Positions 1 to 12,199 of a DNA stretch of 64,000 nucleotides are shown here, piece after piece. The position numbers and the translations under genes are program-made. Each line of letters starts with the position of its first letter. The first letter of the stretch is position 1. Under the pieces are notes generated by a model. It searched no databases. It was not told where the DNA came from and worked only from the letters and a program-made list of their open reading frames with translations. Source of the stretch: Neoconidiobolus thromboides FSU 785 (taxonomy: Eukaryota; Fungi; Entomophthoromycota); NCBI GenBank assembly GCA_025603075.1, contig MU626334.1:1-64000 (forward strand). The letters run 5' to 3'.

Positions 1-247
1 ATGTTGGTTATAAAGCAGTTGATAATAAATATTTCTCAATTAAGCTTTATAAGAACATGTATTTAAGATCTAGTAGAAATTCAACTAACTTACAGTATGA
101 GCTATAATAGAATGATTTAGAACTGTGTTTGGGTACTTTTGTTTTAATAAAAGATGTGATTTTATAGAATTTTAAGCGAAGTTTTTAAAATACAAAATTT
201 TTCAAAAATTGGATAAAATAATGAAACTAATTCAGACAACCCCATAT
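1..247. repeat. Inverted duplicate of 8363-8666, ending in an old-subfamily MITE-like unit (~150-243, end ...TTCAGACAACCCC-ATAT)
   Basis: Reverse complement of 1-152 matches 8517-8666 almost base for base; 205-247 matches the reverse complement of 8363-8520 once the young MITE at 8399-8505 is removed. Confidence 0.85.
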
Positions 248-311
248 ATTGAATTGAAAATGTAGAAACAAATAAACTTTGTTTTAATTTTATTTTACAA
301 TACTAATCTAA

Positions 312-1560
312 GTTGAGCACCTACCAGTTATTTGGTTAAAGGCGATATTTAAATTGTTGATCCCAACTGAATTGTGTGATTTATGTTTCCAAAATAAATA
401 TTTATTCAACACTATAAACGGAGCCATAAAATCCAGTCTTATTCATTCACACTATGCCCTTTCTAATTATAAAGTGTTAAAAGATTTTCATAAAAAAGTA
501 TGATCCTTTAATAAACTATGCCTTTTTAACTGATAACTACAAAATTAACCAGCATGTATCTTAACGCAATTTATGTACACTATATGCAAACTAATATCAT
601 TTATGATCCTACATTTATTGATAATATCAATATCAATCCTAATCTACCTGAGTTGAAAGGATTACACATATTAACAAGTATTAATCCTTATACTATAACA
701 TAATTTTATAATTTCATAACTCAAATTAAACCAATAAACATTTTCGTACATGATGACAGTATCGAAAACATTGTTATGCATTTAGGTCTCAGTAATTTGA
801 AATCTTTAATGATAAGTACTTATAATAATTTATATCTTCAGAGTCTGGATACTATTAAGTCAAATTTTAATCATTTAAAGGAGTTACATCTATAGTCTTA
901 TGAAATGATTTTTAAACCTATTTGGCTTGGTCTAAAGTCAAACTTTAGAGCTTGTTTATAGTTAGTTACTCAAGAAGAGTTTGAAAAAGGATTTAATACT
1001 CTCTGTTTTAGAGATTTAGCAAAGTTCAAAAGTGTAAAATCGATTGATTTTGAGAGTAATCTTTTAAAAAAGGTAAAAGATGCATAAATCCAGTTGAGAA
1101 CCGTTATGTCAGTACTTTAAGCTATATTAATCCAACTAAGCCAACCTATTGTGAGTTTATAAATATACCAATATTAAAGGGAATATATACAAAGAAGTTG
1201 ACAGTAACGCTATTCAAAGCAATTTATGAGTTACCAGAAATTCAAAGTATTTCCTTCAATGTTACAAGAATAAATATACTTGATATTGACAAAAACAAGT
1301 TTAATTTATGCAAATCTAAATATGTGAATCAACTTGAAATCAATACTGTTCATGGTACAACTGGAAGTTTTGTTTATTTCACGTCATTATTTCTGAATCT
1401 TGAAGTAGTTAAAGTGGAAAATTTTTGATATCAACTAGATTATCCAGGTGCACAAATCAATTATTAACTTTCTGCTCCATTATCAATTGAAATATCATTT
1501 AGCGATGTTAATATTAAAACCCATGGTAATTTAGAGAATACTATAATGTTAAATTGGATG
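312..1560 (+). pseudogene. F-box/LRR-like pseudogene
   Basis: Frame at 318 reads HLPVIWLKAIFKLLIPTELCDLCFQNKYLFN (F-box-like); downstream fragments PNLPELKGLHIL, GLSNLKSLMI, FNHLKELHL, ELPEIQSISF are LRR-like; multiple stops and frameshifts. Confidence 0.55.
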
Positions 1561-3404
1561 AAATTAGGAATGAATCAATAAGTCCCCATATCTTTTGTTA
1601 ATGGGGACCCTTTAACTTTGTCTATTTACCACTCGATATCATTCCATTTACACATAATAGACTTACTTGGCCCTTGTTTCGTTAAAAATATAATAATCCT
1701 TCATATATCTTTAATTTCTCAAACTTTGTGTTATAATCACTTATTTTCAGAGGCAGTACCTTAGCTAACTATACCATAAGTAGCTTATAAGCTTTTTTTA
1801 CTTATATGATTTGTAGTTCGCATTGTTTTATTTTTTTTTAATGACCAATATGTCAAAAATCTAAAAAAAGTTTATTGATATTTCTTTACTTCAATATCTT
1901 GGATATATAGGATTATGTTTGAAAGTTATGATAAAGTTTCAGGAAATCATGTAGTGTTTATTTCAAAATATGGTGTAAAGAGCCAAGATAACAGATAAAC
2001 AGTTATCTACTTTAAATGTTTTAAAATACATATTAGTGAGAAGGAATATTTGAATCTTAATATATTAACAAAAGCAATATCTACAATCAATTATCTTCAT
2101 AACATGCTATATTGATATCTAAATAAAAACAGTATACTTCAAGAGGTCTAGTTTATTTGAGTTTTATGAAAACAGACAATGTGATGAATTACAATAGATG
2201 GGTTCTTTAAAAGCTAATGATTAAAGTTTTGACAGCTAGTAATAAATATAAACGATTACAAAAAGTTGTAAAAAAATACTGCTATTCTTCTCTCTAAATG
2301 TCTATAAAATGTGTAGAGTAACTCATCTAGAGTACCGATAATATTTGGAAATTATTGGAGTGAAACGGAATTTTTAATAATAATTTCGGCATAAAGCCTT
2401 AATAGTAATATTTAAAGTATAATCGGGACACTTCACTTTCAATAAATTAAAAGGATTCAAATTACACTTTTAAATGCTAGAGCTTGATGGATTTGATATG
2501 GCAAAACATGTTTTATTGAATAAAAAGTATAACTCTTAAAAGTCCATTATTCACAAATTTCATATTACTATGCATAACTCCTTTACATGCTTAGTACCTA
2601 TTTTGAATTAAACATAAAAGAAGGGTTTGATTGAGACTTTAATGAGAATGCTTCTTTTAGCTTAACTTATTTAAAATTATAAAACAATATACTTTAATTT
2701 TATACTTGATGGATGTGTTAATAAAACAACTATTGGGACACCATATTTATCTCATTTTAATCATCCTTAGTGCTTACGACCATTGTTTAGTGAAACTATT
2801 CGACGCAAAGTGATTAAAAATATATGGTATTCTCTTTTCATTATCAAATGCTTAATGTTTTCAATTTCTTAAAGGATGAGATTAAAAAACTTGGTTAAAA
2901 CTGTGGATTGAAGTAGAGTTATAAGCTGTAAAACAAATATCCATCAGTATATAACGATAATAAAAGTAATCATATAAATACGTATCCAAAAAGCCGGGTT
3001 TATCTTCATAACATTATTTTAGTTATACAATAGTGTTGATTGTAGTTATTGAAAAGATAATATACTGTAATTGACTAAGTTTTGATAAGCTTATCTCTAA
3101 GAATGGCTATAAACAAGATCAAAAAAAAAAACTTTTTAACGATTTTGAATAAATGAACCATTTGTTTAGACTATTAAATTTTGTTATTGCTACTGATTCT
3201 GAGTTTATTATTTCTCTGTAATACTGTGTATATTAATAGAATCGGAAAAAACTACAGTGAACAATGGCGCTATTAAAATGATAGAATATATGTATCAAAG
3301 GGTTTTAGGTAAGATAGTTAAAATATTTCATAGTTGTATACCATTTCTACTAATAAAATGTCTGTCTAAAAGATGCTTATATCACTAAGGCTTCGTCTTT
3401 TAAG

Positions 3405-3510
3405 AATTGGGGACGTTTTTTTTGACTTGATTGCTTTTTCCATCTTTAAGCGCTATTTGGGTGGAAAAATTGTTAGTAAAGTCCTTAAATACAAAAATAC
3501 ATCCCCAATT
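3405..3510 (+). mobile_element. 98-bp MITE copy 1 (orientation A, arbitrarily +), TSD AATT
   Basis: AATT-GGGGACGTTTTTTTTGAC...AAAAATACATCCCC-AATT. Confidence 0.9.
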
Positions 3511-3929
3511 GTTGGTTTCTAAAAAGTTCCCTTATGGTTTATTAACCTTTTCGGACTCTATTATATATTATCAATACAGTATACGTAGTAGACATATAGC
3601 CCCAGCGCATATAAAAGACTACGACAATCAAATGAGTTTATAAGCTATTGTAGACCTAGTCAAAAATTTAGTAGAATAGTTTCTGTTGAAATAAATAGCG
3701 TTCTTTAGTATTTAACTATATACTTTAAATAATGGTAATTTGATTTATGTTTGATATTTGTTTCAGATAGTTTTTAATATATGCTATTAATAACTTACTT
3801 GATTTACATATTCAAAGAACTGAAACTTTAAAAAATTATATTTTTAAAATACACTTTCCAGTTTTAAGGTATCGTATCGTTGTATTTGAATTGCCTTTAC
3901 TATCATTTTTATCAATTTTTTAATCTTAA

Positions 3930-4034
3930 ATTAGGAGATGTATTTTTAGGTTTGAGGATTTTATTAATAATTTTTCCGCTTAAATAGTGCTTAAAAGATA
4001 GAAAAGTGATGAAGCCAAAAAAACACCCCCATTA
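3930..4034 (-). mobile_element. MITE copy 2, TSD ATTA
   Basis: ATTA-GGAGATGTATTTTT...AAACACCCCC-ATTA; non-palindromic direct repeat. Confidence 0.9.
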
Positions 4035-4299
4035 TACAAATAAAAGTGCAATTTTTGAAATTTTTAACTGTGTTTTAAATTAATTCAATTGTAAAAGTGT
4101 ACTAAACCTTAATATTTTTATATGCTATTAATTTACATTTAACCCTAAATCCAAAAAGGCAAATTACTTAATAAATTCCTATAAAGGCAGGTCATATTAC
4201 CCATTTAAAATTAAAAACTGCTTTGAATATTATAAAGCAAACATAACAGTACCATTCAAAATTGTTTAGTAATATAATATTAAATATAATTGGGACTAC

Positions 4300-4404
4300 T
4301 TATGGGGGTGTATTTTTTTGTTTAAGGATTTTACTGGCAATCGTTTTACTCAAATAATGCTTAAAAAATGGAAAAAGTGATGAAATAAAGAAATACCCTC
4401 CTAT
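4300..4404 (-). mobile_element. MITE copy 3, TSD TTAT/CTAT
   Basis: Matches family consensus over full length. Confidence 0.85.
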
Positions 4405-4458
4405 TGTTTATCAAAGTATTAACACTTTACTGTAATCAATCTAATAAGTTATACTAAC

Positions 4459-4562
4459 ATATGGGGGTGTTTTTTTTGACTTCATTATTTTTTCCACCTT
4501 TCAAGCGCTATTTTAGAAAAATTGTTAGTAAAATCCTTAAATACAAAAATACATCCTCATAT
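4459..4562 (+). mobile_element. MITE copy 4, TSD ATAT
   Basis: ATAT-GGGGGTGTTTT...CATCCTC-ATAT. Confidence 0.9.
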
Positions 4563-5105
4563 AGTCAAAAAATCACATTATAACAAAATCTCATATTATT
4601 TCAATCAAATTAAAATTAAATATGTAATAAGTGATATCAAAATTTAAGATGATGGTCCTAGAAGTTTTAAATTCATTTATGTAAATTTTGTTTTTTAATT
4701 CTTATAGTAAACTTGACTATTAATGCTAACCCAACATGTTAGATCATTGTGATAAGATATTTAAACATTTGAATATTTGAAAATGATTACACTTTTTATT
4801 AGTATCAAAAAATTTATTATTAGCAAAACAACTGACTATGTTATCAAAAATTCAGTTGTCCTTAAACAACTGATAGGGTAACGTAAAAACCATATGATTA
4901 CACAAACCAAAACCAAAAAGGCTCAAAGACACGATGATCAATTTTATAACCTAAATCCACAAATAATTCCTCTTTACTATATCAATTTGGTCTTAGTAGA
5001 ATAAAATTCAAAGTTTTATTAAATAAAAGTATGAGCTTGGTTCATTCTAAGGAAAATGGTATTTAAGACAAAAAGGTCTAAGGATTTTACCTATTTGTAA
5101 ACTTT

Positions 5106-6250
5106 ATGACATAATCGTCATTTGTTTCCATACCAGCTGAACTATTGTAGAAAATACTCGAGTCATTGAACCCGAAGGAATTGTTTAAATCATATTATTT
5201 AAACGAATATTTTATACAACTTCCGCCATTCAATGTATTTAAATAATTATGATAAGCATAACAAATCAACATTTATTCAAAACGTCACTTAGATATTCGA
5301 TTGCGAACTTTTTTTAGTTAGTAGTGTGTCTAAGTTAATAAATTATTGTCCGAATGTAAAAGCAATATCTTTTATTACTGAGATCTGTATGAATTATAAC
5401 AAAATCAAAATCAACTCTTTTAAATTTAAACATTCGGATATAATACCACCTAACATTATCCAATAGTAGCTGAGATCAATAGTCAACATGTATATATCAA
5501 AGATATTACGAAATTTTGTAATTCGAAAAATTTAGAATCGTTGAAATTAAACCTTGGGCTCGATAAGGATCTTGTTGGATTATATATTATCAATTTAAAA
5601 TTTAAGAATTTAAAAGTATTACATTTGTTATATGAGAATGTCTTTGCCTTCATTAAATTATGATCCTAATCTGAATTTTAGTGAAACTTTGAATTAATAA
5701 TTGAAGATCATCTTGATGCTAAATTTGATACCAAGCTACTTGAGGATTTAGGTAAGATAGTATGAAGTTATTGGACCATTTGAATATTATTTCGAACAAA
5801 GATTATTACAATAGAAGCTTACTCGAAAATATCAGCATGTTTACTTTAGACCACTTTGATTTTGATAGTATATGGGGCTGTTTTTTTTGGTTTCATTATT
5901 TTTCCCTTTTTTAAGCACTATTTGAGTGGGAAAACTGTTAGTAAAATTCTTAAACAAAAAAAGACATCCCCATATTTATTTACAATTTTATGAAAACATC
6001 AACATTAAGAAAAATTGCTATTAAATTTTTAGCAGCTAATTCACTCATATTGCTTCTACTACCAAACATTCGAGAGATTTATATCAAATGGATAGAAAAG
6101 GTTGGTTTTGAGTCTGGAATATAACCCACATAAATGTATCAACATTAAAGAACCTGATGTTGGTGCTTTTAAGGGTATATTTGATTAGTTTAGGCAATTT
6201 ATTTTATTATCTCCAAACATTAAAACTATTAAAACTGTTAGATTAAATAT
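5106..6250 (+). pseudogene. F-box/LRR-like pseudogene interrupted by MITE copy 5
   Basis: MT*SSFVSIPAELL*KILESLNPKELFKSYYLNEYLYN (F-box-like) then LRR-like fragments KNLESLKL, FKNLKVLHL, LPNIREIYIKW; in-frame stops; 3' limit approximate. Confidence 0.65.
5870..5974 (+). mobile_element. MITE copy 5, TSD ATAT
   Basis: Full-length copy; removing it plus one ATAT rejoins the frame ...FDFDS-IFIYNFMK... Confidence 0.92.
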
Positions 6251-6731
6251 TGAGAAAGGTGCTCAAGGTCAGATTCAATATCCTCTTTCTTCTCGATTAT
6301 TACTCATTACTCTTCTTGGATCTATGGATATTGGTATTAAATGTAAGTTAGAAAGTACTCTAATGTTGCATTGAGCAAAACGATAACATACGAGGAACTA
6401 ATTTACTATGCTTAATATTTTAGTTTTATTAATTTCTTCAAATTTTCAATTAAATCCCTCTTCTTGTTCTTTTTGCTTTTACTTCATATTCTCTTTCAGC
6501 AAACCTTTCCTGTTTTACTGTTACAATATGTACTTAGGGGCTAATTGCCCTTTTAAATGAAAACATGGCTACTCTTAGAAATTAGTCTGGTTTTATTTTT
6601 AAATTGTGATTTTATAAAAAGCCATTGCTTCATAAAACTATTAATAATTAAAATATTTTAAATATGATTGAAATTTAATTATTTTCACTTAAAATAGTTA
6701 GTACCTTCGATATTATTTTATTTGGCTAAAT

Positions 6732-7530
6732 TTAAGGTTTAAATGAAGCACCAAATCCATCGTAAAGGTTTTGAATTGAGTTGAACCAGCTATTTAAAAC
6801 TGGATCCTTATGATTTGTAACAAAAGTGTCAAATGTCTCAATAGAAACCATTTGAACAAATTTAAGATGACCAAATAGAATATAATCCGAATAGGCTGCC
6901 TTATCTCCTTCCAAAAACTTGGTTTTAGCTAAAGTTGTGCGAAAAGGTAGCAACAACTTGTCTACTGCCTCTTTATGGTCTTCTTTTTTACCAGCAAATT
7001 CCTCTAAGCTTACTTTAAACAAGGCCTCCCTACTATTACGGAAATACTTGATATCCTCCTCTGCTTCTAAAGAGTTAAATGCATCCAATATTACGGACTT
7101 AAATAATGGTAGAAAGGTGGCTAGATAGCTTTCTAAAAAGGTGGCAAAGTGACGTCCATTTGGAAATAATGGCTTTTCTGGGTAGTTGGCCTCAAGATAG
7201 TCGGCTATTTTGGGAGAGTCATAAGCAATAGTTTCGTCGTCAAATTTAACTAATGGGATTTTGGTCCATTCGCCATTGCTTTTATTTTTAATTAAATAAA
7301 TTAAGATTAAATTTGATAAAATTACCTTAGCTTTGGGATTTGTTCGTTAATCTCTGCAAAGGTAAGGCCGTGGTGATTAAATTCAATACCCTAATAAATA
7401 AATAAAAAATTATCTTCAATTATAGCATAAACTCCCTTACTTTATGTTTCAGTGCCAATAAACTTCTCCATGCAAATGGACTGAAATGCTTACCGCCTTT
7501 TTTATTTACTAAATCATAAAATTCTACCAT
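6732..7530 (-). CDS. Glutathione S-transferase, LigE/beta-etherase-like (GSTFuA-type), copy A; exons 7530-7441, 7390-7326, 7278-6732
   Basis: Spliced frame MVEFYDLVNKKGGKHFSPFAWRSLLALKHK...KIPLVKFDD...YDSPKIADYLEANYPEKPLFP...FLEGDKAAYSDYILFG; 702 nt, open, GT-AG introns. Confidence 0.88.
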
Positions 7531-8362
7531 CTTTATTTTGAGTTAAAAAATAAAGTTGAATTTTATTTTCTCTTAATTTATATCCTACATCATCAAACTC
7601 AAATCATAATTGATTATTAATCTAGTTTTATTCAAATTTCATGTAACCTATTAAATGTAACTTAACTGGCTATAAACTCATGCCACCATTTAGAAAAGCT
7701 ATATTTAGTCAAAACTTCCATGATGTAAAATTACATGTTAAAATAAAGCGGCTTATTTGAAATTTATCTGATTTATACTCAAAAAACTGGTTATTGAAAG
7801 GCTGCTTACATTCTATTAGCCATGCCAATATAGCCTAGAAGTTGGTAAATTAAATATATTAGAGTGAGATATGAAATTACTAGAATAAAATAGTATAGTT
7901 AAGATAATAATATAAAATTAGCTTGTTGCTTAAAGACAAATAAATTAATTTCCTATTTCACATGTGATAAGCATTATATTAGCAATTTATTTTATATCCT
8001 TAGCCCGAAAGATAGCGCTATATTTAATATTGAGAACAAAATAACAATGGCGCAGAACTGTTTAATAGAAAAAACATATTATTAGTTCGAAATGAAATTA
8101 GTTTAAAAATATCTCGAAAAAGCCAAATTACGTTTTTTATTTTGGCCTTGAAGTTCCAGAATTCCCATATGGTTCAAGCTTTCATCTAACTTCACACCTT
8201 TAGTTTTTCTTTTATGTAAGCACATATTTAGTAAAAATTTTAATTGTAAGCTAAATAGTATCAAATAAAAATAAAGTTTGACATAAATTACTAATTAATA
8301 CTATCTGTACGAGTATTTTATATTCAAATTAAGCAACAACTTTTCTTTAACTCGTCAAGTGC

Positions 8363-8797
8363 ATATGAGGATGCGAGGATGTCTGAATTAGTTTTACTAT
8401 TTGGGGGTATTTTTTTTTGGCTTCATCATTTTTTCCATCTTTTAAGCGCCATTTGAGCGGAAAAATTATTAGCAAAATTCTTAAGCACAGGAATACATCC
8501 CCATTTTATCCAATTTTTTATTAAAACAAGAGTACCCGGACACAGTTCTAAATCATTATATTATAGTTTATACTGTAAGTTAGTTGAATTTCTACTAGAT
8601 CTTAAATACATGTTCTTATAAAGCTTAATTGAGAAATATTTATTATCAACTGCTTTATAACCAATATTACAGATTTGTTATCAAATAAATAAACTATTTC
8701 AATGTTACAACTACATTATTAATATATTATTAAGTTAATAAATAGCTGCATGGGAGGGATTGGTTAGCCCAAAAACTATAATCAGTCATCCCTATAT
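8363..8797. mobile_element. Old-subfamily or composite element with a nested young MITE
   Basis: Left ATAT-GAGGATG(CGAGGATG)TCTGAATTA and right TAATCAGTCATCCCT-ATAT are imperfect inverted termini with ATAT flanks. Confidence 0.55.
8399..8505 (+). mobile_element. MITE copy 6, TSD ATTT
   Basis: ATTT-GGGGGTATTTT...CATCCCC-ATTT; empty site visible in the paralogous sequence at about 213-225. Confidence 0.92.
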
Positions 8798-8937
8798 AGT
8801 ACAAGTAACATAATAATAGTTTTTATATATTATTGCAACTACTTGTTCTTTGACTATTTACTAACTTAGCTATTAATTTTTGTAAACTTTTCAAATAAAA
8901 GCTCTGCAGAGATTAAATCAATTAAACAATCTCCTGC

Positions 8938-9019
8938 ATATGGGGATATATTTTTGTATTCAAGAATTTTACTAACAATTTTTCCACTCAAATAGCGCTT
9001 AAAAAATGGAAAAAATAAT
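8938..9019 (-). mobile_element. MITE copy 7, truncated by the adjacent LTR-like element
   Basis: Family match stops at ...AAAAATAAT, exactly where TGTGAAAT begins. Confidence 0.85.
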
Positions 9020-9482
9020 TGTGAAATCTGGTACTCAGGGTTTGGAGTCAAGAACAGCTATTTCTGGGTTGACTACACTATAAGTCGAAAGGTCTTAGTT
9101 TATGTGACTAAGATAGACTTGGGTTATGAGGAATAGCACGTAATAGGTTCAAGCTATATAAGACAAATAGAATAGACAATACTAATGTAAAATCTATGTA
9201 AAATACTATTAAGAAAACTTAGTGGCTTTATTAAATGTTCGAGATATCAGGCAATAATTCAGTTAAAAAGCCTTGAACTATTATACTCTGTAAACTCTTT
9301 TATACTCTGGAAAGTATAAATATCAAAATGAGAAGATAATATTCTTTTGGATGGAGCTAGAAATTCTCATAACAAATCAAAATAAGAACATGGGATTGAT
9401 TTCCTCTGAGCTCGAGAACACAACAGCTTAGGCGATTGTTATGTTATAATTAACCATGGGACTGACAAAGCGATATTTCACA
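9020..9482. mobile_element. Probable solo LTR (463 bp)
   Basis: Termini TGTGAAAT...ATTTCACA (TG...CA, 8-bp inverted repeat), internal TATA-like CTATATAAG, less AT-rich than flanks; no TSD and no second copy in the window. Confidence 0.5.
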
Positions 9483-9584
9483 GGAATGTATTTTTTTGTT
9501 CAAGAACTTTACTAACAATCTTTCCGCTCAAATAAGGCTTAAAAAGTGGAAAAGCAATGAAACCAAAAAAAAACCTCCCCATAT
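9483..9584 (-). mobile_element. MITE copy 8
   Basis: GGAATGTATTTT...AAACCTCCCC-ATAT. Confidence 0.85.
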
Positions 9585-9923
9585 CTTTTCTTTGTTTTAT
9601 TTTATTATAAAATTCCATAAACCCTGGGTTATTATAAGTAGCTCTTAAAATTGATGTAAATGAATTACAATATTTATGTTGTGTACCCCTCCCTATTGTA
9701 TTAAAATTTTCAAAAATTCCATTTCGAAGTTTAGTTATGAAAGTTTTCATTTCGTTTTTATTTCAACAAAAAATAAAGTCAAATAACTCTATTTATACAA
9801 CTATATAGGTATATATTATATGTTTATTAGATATTTGACAGAAATAACATAAAACATATAGTTAAGAAAATTAACTATTTAAGAAAAGGAAACGATTAAA
9901 ATAAGTTTTTTAAGTCAAATAAA

Positions 9924-10023
9924 GGGATTTAATTTTAGGCTTTTTAGATTTAATCGTCATGTTAAAAACACAAATTTAAAATTTAAAATATGGATTAATT
10001 TCTAAGTAAATTCGGACAACCCC
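9924..10023 (-). mobile_element. Old-subfamily MITE-like unit
   Basis: Ends AAATTCGGACAACCCC like 231-243; ~100 bp with weak similarity to the family consensus. Confidence 0.5.
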
Positions 10024-10025
10024 AC

Positions 10026-10121
10026 GTATTTCTGTGTTTAAGAATTTTATCAACAATTTTTCCGCTTAAATAGCACTTAAAAGATAAAAAAAAGTGGTGA
10101 AGCCAAAAAACACCCACATAT
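10026..10121 (-). mobile_element. MITE copy 9 (left terminus missing)
   Basis: GTATTTCTGTGTTTAAGAATTTT...CACCCAC-ATAT. Confidence 0.85.
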
Positions 10122-10901
10122 ACCTTATATTTGCACCATGACAATTGTCAATTTTGTCGAATATGCCATATATATGCATAAAAAAAGATGACTTTAGGCA
10201 ATTGTACAGAGCCTAAGCTTTTACTACAAAAAACCAAAGTTAGAATTTGGGAAATTGTACTACTAACTGTTGAAATAAAAAATTTAGTGTTAGGAAAGTT
10301 AATACTTTTTAGTTAGAGGAAGAGATTTTGACAGGTTGGGGGTATTACTTATTTAGCCCTTTCGGTTACATTGACGAGGTATTTTACTATGGGCAAATCA
10401 TCTTGTTATATCTAAAATTTAGAGAAATCCATGGAATCAAAAGGGTTAATGAAAAAATTGAATGAATAATTTAACAGTCAAAAAGAAACTCATCCTTGAA
10501 TTTTTATAAAAATAGTAAGGCTCAAAATTTCGAAAAATAAAAATAATCCCAACCTAAACTAAGGGATAAACTAAAGGATTTCCGACTTACAAATAATTAG
10601 AAACATAGTTGAGTTGATTCCTTTGTGGTTAACAACTTGTTGAAAAAGGAAGCAACAATACCCTAAAATACTACTAAATAAAGGATGTTTAGATATAATT
10701 GTTCAGTTATAAAAATCAAAGAACAAGATAGATTAACCGAGGTAGGCTATAATATTAGTAATCCGAAACGGATATTCTTATATTTGATTATATAAAATAT
10801 TTTGATTTATCCCCTCTGACTTAAGAAGTGGGGATATCATGGTTTTGATAGTATATAAATAACACCAAAATAATCGACTGTGAGTTACAAAGCAAATAAA
10901 A

Positions 10902-11695
10902 ATGATCCAATTCTATGATTTAGTAAACAAACCAAATGGTAAACACTTTAGTCCATTTGCATGGCGAAGTGTGATGGCTTTGAAGCACAAAGTAAATAAA
11001 TTTAATTTTCAAAACAAGTATAAGCTAAATTTATTAGAGTATAGACTTCGAGCATCATAGCTTTAAAGTAGCCTCTGTTAAAGAAGAAATTACAAAATTA
11101 AGGTATCTATTACTAGTATCAGTTTATCAATTTAATTTATTGTAAAAGTAATGGTGAATGGAATAAGATCCCATTTATTAAGTTTGATGATGGAAGTTAT
11201 ATATATGACTCCCCGAAAATTGCTATTTACCTTGAAGCTAACTATCCTGAAAATCCACTCTTCCCCAACGGCCGTCATTTTGCTACTTTTTTAGAGAACT
11301 CTTCGTGTAACTTTCTACCATTATTTAGATCTGTGGTGTTAGATATCTACAATTCAATCGAAGACGAAAAAGATCGTAAATATTTTCGAGATTCGCGTCA
11401 AGCATTGTATCGAACCAGTTTAGAAAATCTCGCTGGTAAAAAAGAGGACCATAAAGTCGATGTTGAAAAAATGCTTTTATCGTACAGAATAACATTGGCT
11501 GATAGTAAATTTTTGGAAGGTGATAAAGTGACTTATTCAGATTATATTTTGTTTGGCCATCTCAAATTTGTTCAAATGGCTTCCATTGAAACTTTCAATG
11601 CTATTGTTACTAATCATAAAGACCCTAGCTTAAATAATTGGTTTAGCTCAATTCAAAATCTTTATGGTGGTTATGCTGCCTCTTTTAAGCCTTAG
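10902..11695 (+). CDS. Glutathione S-transferase, LigE/GSTFuA-like, copy B (3 exons)
   Basis: MIQFYDLVNKPNGKHFSPFAWRSVMALKHK; same two intron positions as copy A; open through the 11333-11695 ORF. Confidence 0.88.
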
Positions 11696-12199
11696 TTTTT
11701 TAAACAAAAAACCAAACTCAGTGCTGTAAGCTCATTGCTGTTATCAACTATGTTTTTATCGATTTTAATAAATAAAGATTGCTGATATGATAGAAATTGT
11801 TAGTTTAAAGTTAAAATAATGACTAGTTAAAAAATTAATTCGTGTCAAAATCTAGAAAGGCTAAAATTTTAGCCAAGCCTAAAAACTAAAATATTTAACG
11901 GAGATGTATAAAACAGACTTCAAGAATAGTTTTAAGAGATAACCAAGGAATATCGAATTCTAACAAAAGTTTAAGGGCGATTAAAATTAGCTTCAAATTC
12001 CATTTTTACTACTAAAATTAGCTGGATAAGAGATAAACATAAATTCCTTTAATTTTAAAAAAATTATGAACAAAATACAACTTAGTTTAAAAGTTAAACT
12101 ACTTAATAAAATGAAAATGATCGACTAGAATCATGTGCTTTAACAAGTTTTAAAAAGTATAAATAGAAAGTAGAGGAAAACTGGTAACCAATTTTTAAA

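Noticed and set aside
6919-7128. Antisense ORFs overlapping real genes (6919, 12103, 12394, 13002, 16739, 17472, 21875, 49207, 50272, 56504, 61117)
   Set aside because: Shadow frames of well-supported CDSs, with no independent motifs
10130-10860. GC-richer patch upstream of GST-B, possibly a TE relic
   Set aside because: No sustained frame or recognisable motif
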